In this document: positions 24,477-37,505 of the stretch, piece by piece
Position numbering within the stretch: the stretch's first letter is position 1
Layout of the letters: every line of letters starts with the position of its first letter
From: Tubiluchus corallicola
Lineage: Eukaryota; Animalia; Priapulida
Assembly: GCA_030141605.1 (NCBI GenBank)
Contig: JAQGDQ010000131.1
Span: forward strand, 248,001-312,000
Length of the DNA stretch: 64,000 nt
Direction of reading: 5' to 3'
The notes under the pieces: model-generated
The model's input: only the letters and a program-made list of their open reading frames with translations
Told to the model about the DNA's origin: nothing
The model's database searches: none
Translations under genes and position numbers: made by a program

Positions 24477-27400
24477 TGTTGTTGTTGTTGCTGCTGCGAC
24501 TGCTGTTGCTGTTGGAAATCTTCTTTGTTGTGTTGTGGGTTTAGGAGTAGCGCTTGGTGTTTGGGATATCCTAGATCTCCCGATTGTTGAACGAATGACA
24601 AATTCTGTCGTCGGTTCGGTGGTGGACGTGAGCTCTACATCAAGGACGGGTTCTGCTCTGACTCGAGCTTGGCGATCCATTTTGTTTGTTTTTTCTTCTT
24701 CTTTTATAGGTAGTTCAGTAGTTGTAGGTTTATCTTTACACATCACTGAAACAGTGAACGTTAATAAATTAGGTAAATATCTACTTCCTTTCTGCTATGT
24801 GATCTTAGAAAAAGGGAAACAATACAAAATGCCATCCTCACTACAAACTCGCTTCATCTTAAAAGGTGTCCACACTCAAGTTACCACATTAGGGAGGGGT
24901 CCTGGACTCAACCAAGTTACCACATTAGGAAAGGCTCCTGGACTCACCTATGTCACCATATTAGGAAGGTGTCCTGGACTCATCCAAGTTAACATATTAA
25001 GAAAGAAGGGGTACTGGACTCATTAAGTTACATCCTGGCTCACTTAAGTTACCACATTAGGAAGACATCCTGAACTCACCCAAGTTACCACATTAGAAAG
25101 GGGTCCTGAAAATAATGTAAGCCAAGTGGCAAATTTCTGACGGTTTTTAGTCACGAAATGTTTGGACGTACTCATTTATAGTTTTTTCTAAAACAAGCTG
25201 TTGTTTTCTACTTACCATTAAATCTTGCCTGAAAGAAAATTCCATAAGGCGTCTTGCTCCTCAGCATCAGTAAGACGTTGCTAGTCTCTGAAAGGACACC
25301 CTGCAACAACGTTTTACGGCCGCAAAAACGGGGACCCACCTGAGCCAGATTTTTCGCGTGTCGTAGCTCGACGAAGTCTGGACACGGAAGATTCTTGTGA
25401 CCGTACCAAGCAGTGCTTAATTCCTCAATACTAGCATTGATCACAGATCCGGGCGGTCCCTACATAAAGGGAAGATACTTCTTACATAAGCCCATTCAGT
25501 GATGCACAGCTTCAATGGCGAGCTGTTGAGGAAATTAATGGCGCAATAATCTCACCTTTATAAACCAACTGCACTCTTGCAAAGGGAGAGACCTATCTGG
25601 GTACCGCGGTGACCTGATGATGCCAATATCGCCGCATTCTGTGATTACGTCACCGCCACATTGATCTGAAACAAAGCATAGTGATGATGTTGGGTTAGTC
25701 TCTCACGTAACTCCTGCCAGCACGAATCGAAAGTAGTGAAAGATAGAAGAGGTACCTGAAACCTCTAAAGCAGGGAAATGTTTTATATTTAGTCTTAATC
25801 TTAGTACTAGTTTTAATACAAAATCGTGATTAATTATCATGATCTTAATGTAAAGATTATTATTAATGACAGTAGGAACACACAATTAATTCAATTTTTT
25901 AACAGCAAACTTGAAAAGCAGGAAATTTGCAAATGTTCAAAAGTCAGGATTTGAACCACGGACCTACTTACATTGCGGCGCCGCAAAGCCACTCGGTGAT
26001 TGTATCCCAAGTGGCTAAGACAGTCTAACGTTCATCCCTTACAAATAGCTAACTAAATTCAGCATTTCCAATGGTAGATCACTTGATTCTAGGCATATTA
26101 ATTCTATTTTGATTAAATTTGAGCTAAAGTTTCCGTGGATAATTAATTAATTATTATAACCTTAATGTTGAGATTATTATTAATGTTGATACGAAAACCT
26201 ACGATAGATAGATCGCAGAACGCCAGTCAACCAGCGGTGTACATCTCGCTCTTATTTAGCTCTAATTGTTTTTCGATTTTTTGGCCTAGGCCTTTACTCA
26301 CACGTCTAGCCATATTTGCACTTAAAGGCCTATACAAAATGTACAGCTAAAGCGTGTGTTCATGATTATTTTTGCTTTTTTCTTGCCGTAAAAGACCTTG
26401 TGCAGCTAAAATTCGTTTTGCAGTAGTGTAAGAACGTGAAGAATCGTGAAGCGTTGTGCTTGGGGCATGTGTAACGTGGATGTTCGGTATCCAGAAAGAT
26501 TAGCAGGATGAGTTCCACTTATTAGGTTCCCCAACCCAAAAACTACTTAGACAAGTGTCACCGATGGGCCAGAGCTTGCGGAAGGCCACATGAACAGATC
26601 AACTCTTTAAAAATTAATAAAAATCGTGCTGTGTGCTTAAAGAGAAGTTTTCTAATGTTTTATTTTTACTACTGGCTACTTGTAAAATGTGTCGTGCTAA
26701 ATCAGGACTTAACGCACTGCAACAAGATATTCCAGATACTGTACAGCAAAAAGTAAGATTTCGTTCGTTAAGTATGACTGTCTGAACGCACAGTAGTATA
26801 TAGTTAAATAGTTCAGCTGGGTTAACTAACTTGATTTTTATTTAATTTATTTAGTTTTCGTGTTTATGTTAGAATTAGGTACAAGGCACTAAAATCAATT
26901 GTTTTTTATGTAAGTAAAAGTGTTATAAAATTTTTGCTTTACAACACAACATGTAAAGCAAAGTTGACACACCGTTTCATATTTGTTGCTTCAGCACTTT
27001 GTTGTAACTTTTATTATAACTATGCTTTTATTGTAACTATGTTTGAAACTTCGCAATAAATCATGATACAGTGCACATATAGTGTATGCTTGCGCCGCTT
27101 GCGATCTATCTATTGTGGAATAATCACACCACTATTTTAAAATGTTAGTGAATTGTTTTGACGTATCAATTTGCTTATGAATTAATTTTGAAAGTCAAGA
27201 CACATTTACCTGCTCCTACGCTAAATGCAGCTGTTTCACAAAATTGACCAGCAAAGCCGTCTGGACATTTGCAGGAATGGCAGTCATTGGGATTCTGGTA
27301 TCCATCATGTAAGCATGGGGAACTCAATCTCACGTCTTTACAGACATCTGCAAATTGATTGATTAATTCATTCATTTAATTGATGCTTGGTTTTTGCAGT

Positions 27401-29007
27401 TTAGCGTGCACAAAGATGATTATTATTCATCCTGACATTGCACACTCAGCTGATTTATTTTGCTTATTTCATTCAAGAAATTTTAGGAATTTATGAAAAA
27501 TTATGATAAGGGCTGCTTCTAGCTGCACAGATGTAGTTGAATCACCAAAACCAAAGCACTTTTTTGAAATACAATTAACTTTTATGTAAAATCAAGTTGG
27601 CTGACAAAATATCCTCGGCTTCGAGTTCTTTAACAAATGCTTTAAGAAATGCTAATTAGAACGGTAGTCACAGAACTACGGCCAAATCACGTTGATAACA
27701 CCGGTTCTCGTCTGATCACCGAAGTTAAGCAACGTAGAGCCTGGTTAGTGCTTGGACGGGTGACCGCCTAGGAATACCAGGTGCTGTAGGATTGCGGGAT
27801 GCCCACACTGTATCTCGACACTAGGCGGAAGAGCTGTACAAGCAGCCAACGGCTAGAGGGCAGAGGAGGTCAAGTGAACTAATGGCCATGTGTAGAGGAG
27901 TAAACCTTCCAAATCAGGAGCGGAGCCCCGAAGGCAGACAGTCCAGCATCCTTACTGACTCCGGCAGCTCCTGCAGCCAACCTGGTGCGAAACGTATCGC
28001 TCCGCTTTCCTTTGAACTACACCAGGGAGGAAGAGAGGAGATTCCTGTTGTCTGGGCAACTAAGGATCTCCATACACCTTACCCCGGCGTGCGCCCTGGA
28101 GAGGCAGTGGTTCAAGGATCGGATTGCTCAGCCACAGTCGACGCTGCAGCTCCATCAATGTGATCAATAACTGACTCTCTTGGCGCACATTCCATTATCT
28201 TCCGAGACAGAAGGATGCCAACAAATAGTTACAGAAAGCAAAATGCTCATTCTATCGTTTTGAAAAAGTTTATAGTTATTATAGTTATATTATTAAAGTT
28301 TATAGTTTATAGTTAATTGTGGGTTTAGTTTTAAAATAACACGTTGTAAGTATTAACGTATTTTGAAGCACTTTACGAATTTGAGCACATTGCATTTTAG
28401 ATCCAATTTTGTGTTTAGGTAAGAAACTATAAAAGAAAAATGAAAATAAGCGATATAAAAGGAAAGGGTTACGACAGATGGAAAAATCGTCAGAGTTCAA
28501 CCATCATTGTTCGAATTCATGCCGACGACAACATCTGGGAAAACTGCCTGACATCAGGTTAAGGTACATCCTTCAAGTAAACCGTTTCAAAGTGACTGTG
28601 TGGTTAGTACGCAAAATTTTAATTGGTCATTTATCCCTAAGAGCAGAATTCAGAAATCCCAGATAAAGTCTAAGATATTTTTTAATTCGGTAACATTTCA
28701 GCTAAAGTGGAATTAAGATCTCACCTAGACAATACTCAACATTAGCTATTTTAGCGTCATAAAATGAGAGCTTTTCTGCACCACCCATCACTTGCTGTAA
28801 CAGAGGATCTTTGGCTGCGAGTGTGAGCAAATCTGGATATTTTTTACTGAAATCCTATGAAATAAAAAAAACTATTACAGTGAGTATTATTGTTTGTGAA
28901 CCTACCAATGATCAGCGGCGCAACTATTCCATGTACTGTTAACTTCGCTGGTTGTTTGAGTTGTTGTTGTTGTTGTTATTATTATTATTATTGTTGTTGC
29001 TGTTGTT

Positions 29008-29043
<36 letters not shown>

Positions 29044-29045
29044 GA

Positions 29046-29076
<31 letters not shown>

Positions 29077-32000
29077 AACAACGATGACGATCAGATTCAG
29101 ATCAGAGTGACTAAGAAATCGACGAACGATTAAAGTTACTTACTGTTCCTAAGTAATGCATTAGCGATGACATATCGTATGGTACTCCATCAGTCTCTGT
29201 CTGATGGGTGAGGAAGTTGTAGGTTTTTCCCGTCTGGATGTTCTCCCACATTACGTTGATAAAGTCGTCTCTATCCTGGCGAGCCTGTTCGTGCCAGAAT
29301 CCCAGAGAGTGTCCAATCTCATGCGCAACAATTTGCCTCTGAAATAAGCATTCGAACCACGCCTTATGAGAGATGGCACTTTCTCGTCCTTGCCGGTAGA
29401 GAGCGCGGAGCAACATACTATAGCAGAGAGCTTCGACACTAAGCGAATATTATATTTTCTGGCTATTTGGAACGTTTATGTTGTGCCTTGTGTTCTGTTT
29501 CTTAATCAAGATTTATTTCTCTAGACAAATGTGTTAAAATGCACAAGAACATTCGAGGCATATTAAAAATTTGTACACAAGACTACTGTTAGACAAGACT
29601 CAATCAGAAAAGGGTTTCACTTTAGGTTTTTTCGGTTGCCACTCAATTAGTGAATTAATGTTTTTGTAAAAGAGTTAATGGCGAGTTCAATGAAAATAAC
29701 CGGAATCATAGAGGATAAAAGAGAAGCATACTAAAACCAACATTTACTAAGAGTAAACCAGGCAGCAAAATACTTGGCGATTAAAGACTTCAAGGCCGAA
29801 AGTTCGAGCCACAAAAAGGGTATTTTTTGAGTTTTGACTTTTTCACCAGTATGTGGAATATCTTGAGATACTCCTAACATTTTTCGGTAAATGTAGCATA
29901 GGTAGAAACGTTGAGGAGCTTTAATGTTAGTAGTAATTTTATTTTTCGTTAAAACGTTTAACAATAGTGACGTCATCGTTGTTGTCTTTTTCATCATCGT
30001 CACTTCGTCGTTGCCATTATCGTCGTGATTATCTCTTTTAAATTGTTGTATGCAAATACCAAATTATGCAACTTCAAATAATGTTCTTACTGATATGCAT
30101 ATGGAATTCAAGGAGACCTGTGTCTGTCCGTTTTTTCCAACTTCAGAACTGCACCTGTATGGATAATAGAAAAAGATGTCATTAAAGATGAAAAGTCTGC
30201 CGAGACACTGCAACATTAATCAACAATTTTTGTCTTTCGCGTTTTTTGGGTAATAACTCGAGAAGTCAATTTTGAGTAGGAGGATTTCTACATTCTCCTG
30301 ACACATGACATTCAACATAAAGCTTGATGTATGTCAGTGATAGAGGAACAAAAAGATGACATTATTTGTGACATTTTGTAGAATTCTGTTAATGTCTTTC
30401 TTCTGAAGTCATCAATTAGTCATCATCACTAGCTCACTGCTTCAGTGTGTGGCCAATGTGTGCATTTTAAATTGTGGACTTTGACCTGGCCAGTCATATT
30501 CATCTGGCATGTAATTGCAACTTGATGATCTTTGACTAATTAGGACATTATCCTGATATGTATTTTTAGTAAAGAGCCATTTTCTTGCGTTAACTCCTAA
30601 CCTAAGGTAGCAATTTTTTTACCAAATTACCACCCTATATTGCGTAATATTTTACAAATAATTGTCCATACTGCTCAAAACTAATTTCAACTTTGTCCAC
30701 GCAAAATTTCAAAACTTTAGGATGACCTTTTCAAATTGACATTTCAACTTCATTTAAAAGTAGGTATTACTGCAATACTTTTAAACAGTTCGGCGTGCTG
30801 TTAATTGAGATTCAGCATTATAACGATGGCGTCTGTGTGATCTTAACGACTATGGCGTGACTGGAACTCAGCTTGTTATCAAAAGTGTCCCTCTGATATG
30901 AAGCATTGAGGAAGCGGAAGTCTGTGTATGCCACGCTCGCATGTCATGTAGCCGAGATACACTCAACGTCAGAAGTAGCCGAGATAGATGCCCTTCAACT
31001 GCTTTTCACATCTGTTAGTCATCCATTTCATAATCGGGCCTGTAGTTATTATTTAAAACCGTGATATAGGTTATGCAATAAGTCCTTATGTATTAGAACC
31101 CTGAAAGATGTACTTATCGTACCCCTTGCCTTTATAGAAAAGGATGTAATCATTGAAGTAGATAACGGGACCCATGTCTCGAAATCGTATGCACGTTTGC
31201 TCCTCCCAGTGCTTAACTGCCCACCTGATGATCGCCTTCTCATTATCACCTGTAAATTAAAGAAAATGCAATAAACCACCTCCACATGATATAACGTCAG
31301 TCTGCAATGCCATTGAGATGGTAATGGTACTAATGACGACAACAATTGCGACAGTAAAGACGATGAGTCTTTATCGAAACCTTTGTTGTGCTTTTTTGCT
31401 GGCGTAATTAATTATATCATAGTGATTATTAATTCATCTTCATAGTTTATATTAATTTCTCAAAGAAGTCCAGAAGTCGTTAGTTGAAAAGTGTAAAAAT
31501 TTTGTTCAATGAACAATTAGTAACGTTTTAGGTTACTAGACTGTTTACAGTGCATGTGTTTGATTGTGTTTTTGAGTTATTAACACTTAAATTTTCAAGA
31601 CACGCAGCAATTTTATATAATAAAACAATGCACTACAGCATTACATCATAAGTTGATGAATTTTAAACTGAACCTGAATGTTAATAACACCGTAGCATCT
31701 ATACATTCAAAATACTATTTTATGACCCATATCACGTGCCGTGCTACTGCCTCAAGCGTTTGATTTTCATTTAAACTAATTAGCAAAATCCATTAACAGT
31801 TATTTTTTCTACATAAATCGAATGCTCGTTAAGATAGCTCATAATTGCGCTTACTAAAGTCGCCAGGGTTGAAGAGGTAAGGAATGGGTGATGAGGTATC
31901 CCAACGAAGCTCATCATTGTTAATTAGCTTTCGCTTTCTTCTGTGATTGAATGTTTGCAATCTGAGCCAATTAGCCTGCTGTTCGTTAATTACCATATCC

Positions 32001-33197
32001 CCCTCAATGACTCCATCAAACTCAGCACCAACCTAGATAAAACACGAACAATTTACTGGGTAATTACTGCAGATAGATTTAAATTGTGTTTGGAGAGTCT
32101 CGCCAGGTTAAGACTATATAATTAACCCGCCGTTAATTATTAACGTATGCTATTTTGTACATGCCAACTGCTAAGAATATACTTAAATTATTGTACTAAG
32201 TTGTATTACTGCACTGCAAGTGAAGCTTTTATAACCGATGACTCATTAACTATGGTCATTCGGAGAAGCATTTTCTGGAAACGGTGGCACTTCGGTGGTC
32301 ACACTAGTGAAAACACCGGGATATTAATCGGAAAAGATGAGAGAAATAATTTCGTATAGTACAGGGTGTCCCAGAAGCCTCTATATAATTTACTTTTTCA
32401 TATTTTTTAACAAAGAAGCAAAATGTCTGAAAATTGATACAGATGAACTAAAACCTTTGGTAATTCTTCTAGAAAAGTTAGACGAAAATCTGAAAAGTAC
32501 TAAGGTAGCTGTAGGCTCTTCGCTATTCTTTGCTCTTCGCTGTCTTCTTCAGGGACACCAAAAACTTGGACCCCAAGGACCAATCCAATGGCAGCTGGGG
32601 CATCTTACATCTTACAAGGCACCTAACTTGGCCACGTTCGGGTTCATCCTCTCTTTCAACGAGGTGGAAAACCCGGGAGGAGTATAGCAGACGAAACCAC
32701 CAATAGGCAGTTTTCCTGGAACCAGGTTATTCACCACTAACAAGGCTCGGCATTGTTTAAATTTAGTCAATAAGCACTAGACTCGTATGCGGTAAACGTT
32801 CTAGGTTGGGGCAGCTGATGGAATTTCAAGATGAGATTGGGAGTTCTGGGTAAACATTGCAGTCGTGAGAGGTATAGACCAGTCACCAACAGATCTGAGT
32901 GCGAAGCTTATTATCTAAAACCATGTTTAACTCAGTGTAGTAAGAGTCTATTACTCGCGGATTCATTCAGCACAGACGCCTGATTAAAACTACTCTGTGA
33001 TACACGTAGTCTGCACTATTAAACTCTATAGGCCTACTACAAGTATTACGTAATTTAATAATTTAATAGCTTAATTAATATATCTATGCAATACTTAGTG
33101 ACCTCGGTGTTATTGAGAGAATAACATAAATCAAAAACGGTGAAGCTACTGTGTATACAGAACAATTCTGATTCTCTTTTCTGGTCTACAACAAGGT
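21478..33197 (-). CDS. Astacin (M12A) metalloprotease with EGF, CUB, Thr-rich linker and TSP1 domains; exons 33197-33103 (tentative), 32032-31855, 31249-31123, 30154-30091, 29338-29144, 28854-28725, 27347-27210, 25665-25556, 25459-25216, 24745-23890, terminal 21658-21478
   Basis: Prodomain IEGDM and furin site RRKR; HWEEQTCIRF; GCSSEVG; zinc motif HEIGHSLGFWHEQARQDRD; Met-turn SLMHY; EGF CLHDGYQNPNDCHSCKCPDGFAGQFC; CUB CGG..SPRYP..CSWFIK..FCG; TSP1 WSEWTECSQTCG. Intron phases are compatible throughout. Start/signal exon not located (candidate mini-exon 36116-36069). Confidence 0.9.
24874..25109. repeat. ~36-bp minisatellite, ~7 copies (intronic)
   Basis: Unit approximately actcacccaagttaccacattaggaaggggtcctgg. 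Confidence 0.85.
25941..26008 (-). mobile_element. Degenerate tRNA-derived SINE head
   Basis: Minus strand shows A-box-like ccgagtgg and B-box ggttcaaatcc at tRNA-like spacing; no cloverleaf. Confidence 0.4.
26200..27117 (+). mobile_element. Decayed THAP-domain DNA transposon (ISL2EU/Kolobok/P-type relic)
   Basis: TIR core ac(g/a)atagatagatcgca at ~26201 and inverted at ~27100-27117. Segment 26446-26642 translates VKRCAWGMCNVDVRYPERLAG*VPLIRFPNPK../DKCHRWARACGRPHEQ...AVCLK, a THAP C2CH pattern with one stop and one frameshift. Confidence 0.75.
27676..27790 (+). pseudogene. 5S rRNA-like sequence (SINE head, Pol III type-1 internal promoter)
   Basis: ctacggcc...acaccggttctcgtctgatcaccgaagttaagcaacgtagagcctggttagtgcttggacgggtgaccgcctaggaataccaggtgctgtagg closely matches invertebrate 5S rRNA; box A and box C are recognisable. 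Confidence 0.92.
27676..28225 (+). mobile_element. 5S rRNA-derived SINE (SINE3) with RTE-derived body and tail, full length
   Basis: 5S head at 27676-27790 with no oligo-T terminator, and no T4 run in the body. Segment from 28112 translates SRIGLLSHSRRCS (RTE ORF C-terminus). RTE-type end ttccgagacagaaggatgcc+aacaa. 11-bp TSD tagtcacagaa (27665-27675) / tagttacagaa (28226-28236). Confidence 0.88.
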
Positions 33198-33542
33198 CTA
33201 GAGGGTAAATCAGTTAAAAAAGTTAATTGTTCATCAACACAAAATTGTTATTATTTTCATAACGATAGTTTATAGCAGCAACCGAATTTCCATAATTCGT
33301 GGCCGTAAAGAGGACAAATAAACGAGGGGTTAACGAATCAATGTTTTGCGTAAATTCCAGGTTTCCAGTCATCTACCAGACTATTGTAATTCAATCAAGT
33401 CTCAGAACAGGTAACGGTTATTATAATTTAAACAGAACCCAATGTAAATGTTAAAATGAGTTGTAGGACTGTTTCTTCTACGTTTTAATGAGAGGTATTA
33501 AAAACTGAAAAGCGTTTCATGATCATCATCACTAACATCGTT

Positions 33543-33587
<45 letters not shown>

Positions 33588-34899
33588 TCCATTGCTACCA
33601 TCACATCGTCTGCGTCGTCATCATCATCTTTGTCACTATTGTTATTAGCTCCACTACAACCATCACTGCTGGCAGGGCCACCACCGACGTCATAATCATT
33701 GCCCTTGTTTTCGTCTTCGTTGTTTTATTGTCGCTGTCATCATTATCATGGTTACCGATTGTCGTCATCGTTATTATTACGCCTAATCATCAACATTATT
33801 AGCCACCATCATAACTGCTGCATCTTCATCACTACTATCACTACCTTGCAAGGACTACTATACACCTATATATTATACCATACATATATGTGTGTATAGT
33901 AGTCCTTGCTACCTTGATTATCGTTGTCGCCACTGTCAACTTTACAATTATAAATGACAGTTAGCACAACCCAAACTGACTGCTCATGTCAACATAACAT
34001 TCTGAAACTATTAGTAACCCTAATTGTCAAACCACGCACTAGTTCCAAAAATATGCTTCTCTATCACACATGCAGAACACAGTGCGCTTCGACAAGGTAA
34101 TCTACCGACATTACAATGAACTTTTTGACCGAAAAGTAAGTCTTTGGGACCTCGTGATTTTCACATTAACTTTTAACGGCAAAGTTTTGTACATGGATGT
34201 TAATTGTTAACCTGGTTAGCAAAGTTAGCCAAGTTATAGGAAACGAGTTTAAAGCAAAACATCACGAAAATGTGTGTAAATATTCACATTTCTCAGGTTG
34301 AAACCTGCAAAAAGCGTTTAATTTAATTAATAGCAATAAAAATTGGACTACATAATTATTATTATTATTATATCGACAGACACAGTTGTTATTGTATTTC
34401 GATGTTGTAGTTCTTCCTATTTGAAATTGCTTTCCCCTACTTACAGTAAACTAACAATAAACGGGTTTGCTCTTATTATGCCATTTAGAGCGTATAAAAT
34501 TTATTGTTGATGTTATACATGTATTTAGAAAATAAAAGTCGGCGTTTACTAGCGCAGCTACTACGTTGTATCTTAGGTGCAACAGCACCATACCTCTCTA
34601 AAATAGATAACATTGGAGGGCAAGACACGTCAAACTTGTCAACCGCTGAATTTGTTCATTTCGTCTCTTTTGTCTCTTTTTGAATTTTTGTATTTGAAAC
34701 ATTTATTTAATCGGTACCAGTATTTTGCCTTTTGCCTCAAATCCTTAGTTATTTATTTCAAAAAGATCAATATGTTGTGATTTAGTTAATCATTTCAGAA
34801 AAAAGTCCCTTGTTTCATAATTTCATTATTAAAATTATTCGTTTTTTTGCGTTTGCTATTAATTTCAGATCAACCACAGCATGAAATTTTGCTAGACAT

Positions 34900-35620
34900 T
34901 CTTCCCATAGCTGATATTTTCCAACTGTTAACATTCATTTTCAATACTTTGCGACTTTGGCATTCATATCGACATAACCAATGTTTTATAATTTGACATT
35001 TATTTCAGTATAACCCTTACTTTGCAAATTAGTTATTCATGTCTGTACAATTAATGCGGTGTAACTTTGGCAATCAAATCGGCCAATGCTTTGTAGTTTG
35101 GGAATTCATATATCCGCATCACCAAAGCTTTACAGCTGTTGTATTCGTGCCGGTACAACCAATACTTTGCATATTTGACAATCATATGAGTATAACCAAT
35201 ACTTTGTAACGTTGGCTTTCATTTTCGTATCAGCATTACCAATATTTTGCAGTTTTAGCTTTTTTGGTGTACTCGCACTATTTTCAACATTTACATTCAC
35301 ATCAATTAAAATAGTCAGTAACTTTAGTATTTTGTGTTAACATTAAGAATGCGACTTTGGCATTCAGTCAACACAACTAGTGTTTGTAAATCTAGCAGTC
35401 ACATCAGTACAAGCATTTGCTTTGTAACTTTGTATGCCATGCATGTCTACACAACAAATGAAATTTTTGCATTCATATTAGCATAACCCCTGTAATAATA
35501 AGTGGCACATGTTTTGCCACTGTACTAATTTAATTCAGTGCAGCCAACATTTTGCACCTTATCATTCATATTACATCACCAAATTTTACATGTTTGACAT
35601 TTATAGCAGCATAATCAGTG
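34900..35620. repeat. Degenerate ~37-bp tandem repeat array
   Basis: Recurring tactttgc(a/g)actttggcattcatatc..cataaccaa-like units. Confidence 0.65.
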
Positions 35621-37319
35621 TTTTTGATTTTTAAAGACAATATGTCCATTTTCCTGGATATGTATTCAGTAGTATTTTCACCTGTCTACTGCAGTCCTTT
35701 ATCTTAAGTGACCATCGGCCTTGTTGATGGGATTTGTATAAAAAATTGTCAAATTTTTGATATGGTTTGATACAAGCAGGATTGACTAGTGATTGGTAGG
35801 ACCCCTGATTGTTGTGGCAGAGCTGAACCCATCTCATTACCGAAGGTATTCCTCTAAGATGAGACACCAGACAGGCAGAGATGTCTCAGCTTAGATCAGA
35901 TTCATATACATGCTCCTTCACCAAGGCAAACAGTATTTGTCAGTGTGGTCAGTATGGCAGATGAAACAACCCAAAAACATCTTTCTTGCTTTCTTGGCTG
36001 TCCCAAGTCAATCTTTGTCAAAATTTAGCTTTGTTTAACTGCAGTTACTAAGCACACACCAGACTCACCAGTTTTAGCTATTCTTCTCGCCGCTGAGTTG
36101 ATATGTAAAAATATCACTGATTACTGCTTTGCTAAATTAGTTTATAAGGTTATCTCTCATTTCAACATAGCTATTTTTAATAAACTGCTAATAAGTGGCG
36201 CTTGGTGAATGAGTGAAACGAATGAACAAGCAAATAAACAAACAAATAGGCAAACGAATAAACGAATAGACAAACAAACAATGAAAGAGCAATTTAATCA
36301 ATGAACAAAATTAATAATAAACGACCTAAAAAGTATGGACGGATGAATAAATAATTATAAGAATAAATCTATCTTTGTGAATGACAGCTAGTAAGATTCC
36401 TGACATCACTAACCGATCACTTTTACTCCTGACATGGACAGAGTAATTAATTATGACAAGTTTTATGGCAAAATAATGCTACTGTATTCTGTACACAAGA
36501 CAACATGGAATTACACGATCAGCTAACTATAATAGAAAGTGCATTTAGTTAGTTAATTGCTGCGCACACACTTCCTGTATATTATACAGCAGGTCAAAAA
36601 CGGAGCGCCGTCACACAATCTGGGCCAGCATTGTAGGTCAAAACTGTAGTTGCCTGCCATCGTAATTCAACGCAATAAACGTGTAGTAATGGATTGCTAC
36701 GATTACCTTTTATTAACTGTGGATTGCAGCACGATTCCTCATAACGAACGACAGGCAAATTTCGTAGAATTTAATTTAGGTCTAATTTATTTTGTATTCT
36801 GCTTCTTTTCGTGGCACAGGTAAAAGTTTTGCTGTTGAGTTAACATCGCAACAATTTTGGAGCCTAGCGAGTAACTTGTATTTAAAAGTGAATTTCTTTC
36901 TTAAACTGCAGTGTAATTAACGACAGCTCTCTTTCAAGTTTGTAGTGGTACACTACCTCAGTAATACGAGTTAACGAGTCAAACCAAATTAGCAAGGAGT
37001 TTAGGCATATAAACCAAAACCAGGCTTAGCAGCTTCAAATTTTTAGTGGGCTATAGTTGCAACTTTGATGGCTACTACTTGTAGGCAAATATGTAATACT
37101 AGAGAATGTGAGTGCTACAAAAATCCATAAATACTTTTAGTAGCAGATGACATCACGTAGGATGCGAGCCTTACCAAGTTATACATATACATACAATTAG
37201 ATGTGTAATTTAAATCGTGCCTATAATCCCATCAAATCCGAATAACTTAAAGAAACAGTTAGAAGTTACACTACTGAACTCTAGGCCTCTAGGCCCATTG
37301 TATTATTAATATCATTGTT

Positions 37320-37330
37320 AATTTTGTTAC

Positions 37331-37363
<33 letters not shown>

Positions 37364-37379
37364 TATTATTATTATTATT

Positions 37380-37411
<32 letters not shown>

Positions 37412-37505
37412 TGTCGTCGTCGTCGTCGTCGTCATCATCATCATCATCATCATTATTATTATTATTATCATTATTATTATTGTTGTTGTTATTATTATTA
37501 TTATT
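37320..37505. repeat. Compound trinucleotide microsatellite (ATT)(ATC)(GTC)(ATC)(ATT)
   Basis: Directly visible. Confidence 0.95.

Noticed and set aside
24007-25026. 339-aa poly-Val ORF on the plus strand
   Set aside because: Antisense shadow of the Thr-rich astacin exon plus an intronic minisatellite.
24874-25109. CRISPR-like array (36-bp periodicity; also 34900-35620)
   Set aside because: Units are head-to-tail and degenerate without unique spacers; eukaryotic context and no cas genes.
27676-27790. Functional 5S rRNA gene
   Set aside because: Single copy, slightly 5'-clipped, no oligo-T terminator, fused to RTE-derived sequence and flanked by a TSD, so it is a SINE head.
27791-27900. HDV-like ribozyme at the start of the RTE-derived body
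   Set aside because: Could not assign P1/P3/L3 pairings by eye; left as a computational check.
27882-28170. 93-aa and 61-aa ORFs in the SINE body
   Set aside because: Chance ORFs in GC-rich SINE sequence; only the short SRIGLLSH remnant in another frame is meaningful.
32358-32372. Tc1/mariner-like TIR start TACAGGGTGTCCC
   Set aside because: No matching second TIR or transposase found.
37170-37230. Candidate astacin start exon (donor near 37174)
   Set aside because: No frame gives an ATG-initiated signal peptide in a phase compatible with the downstream candidate exons.
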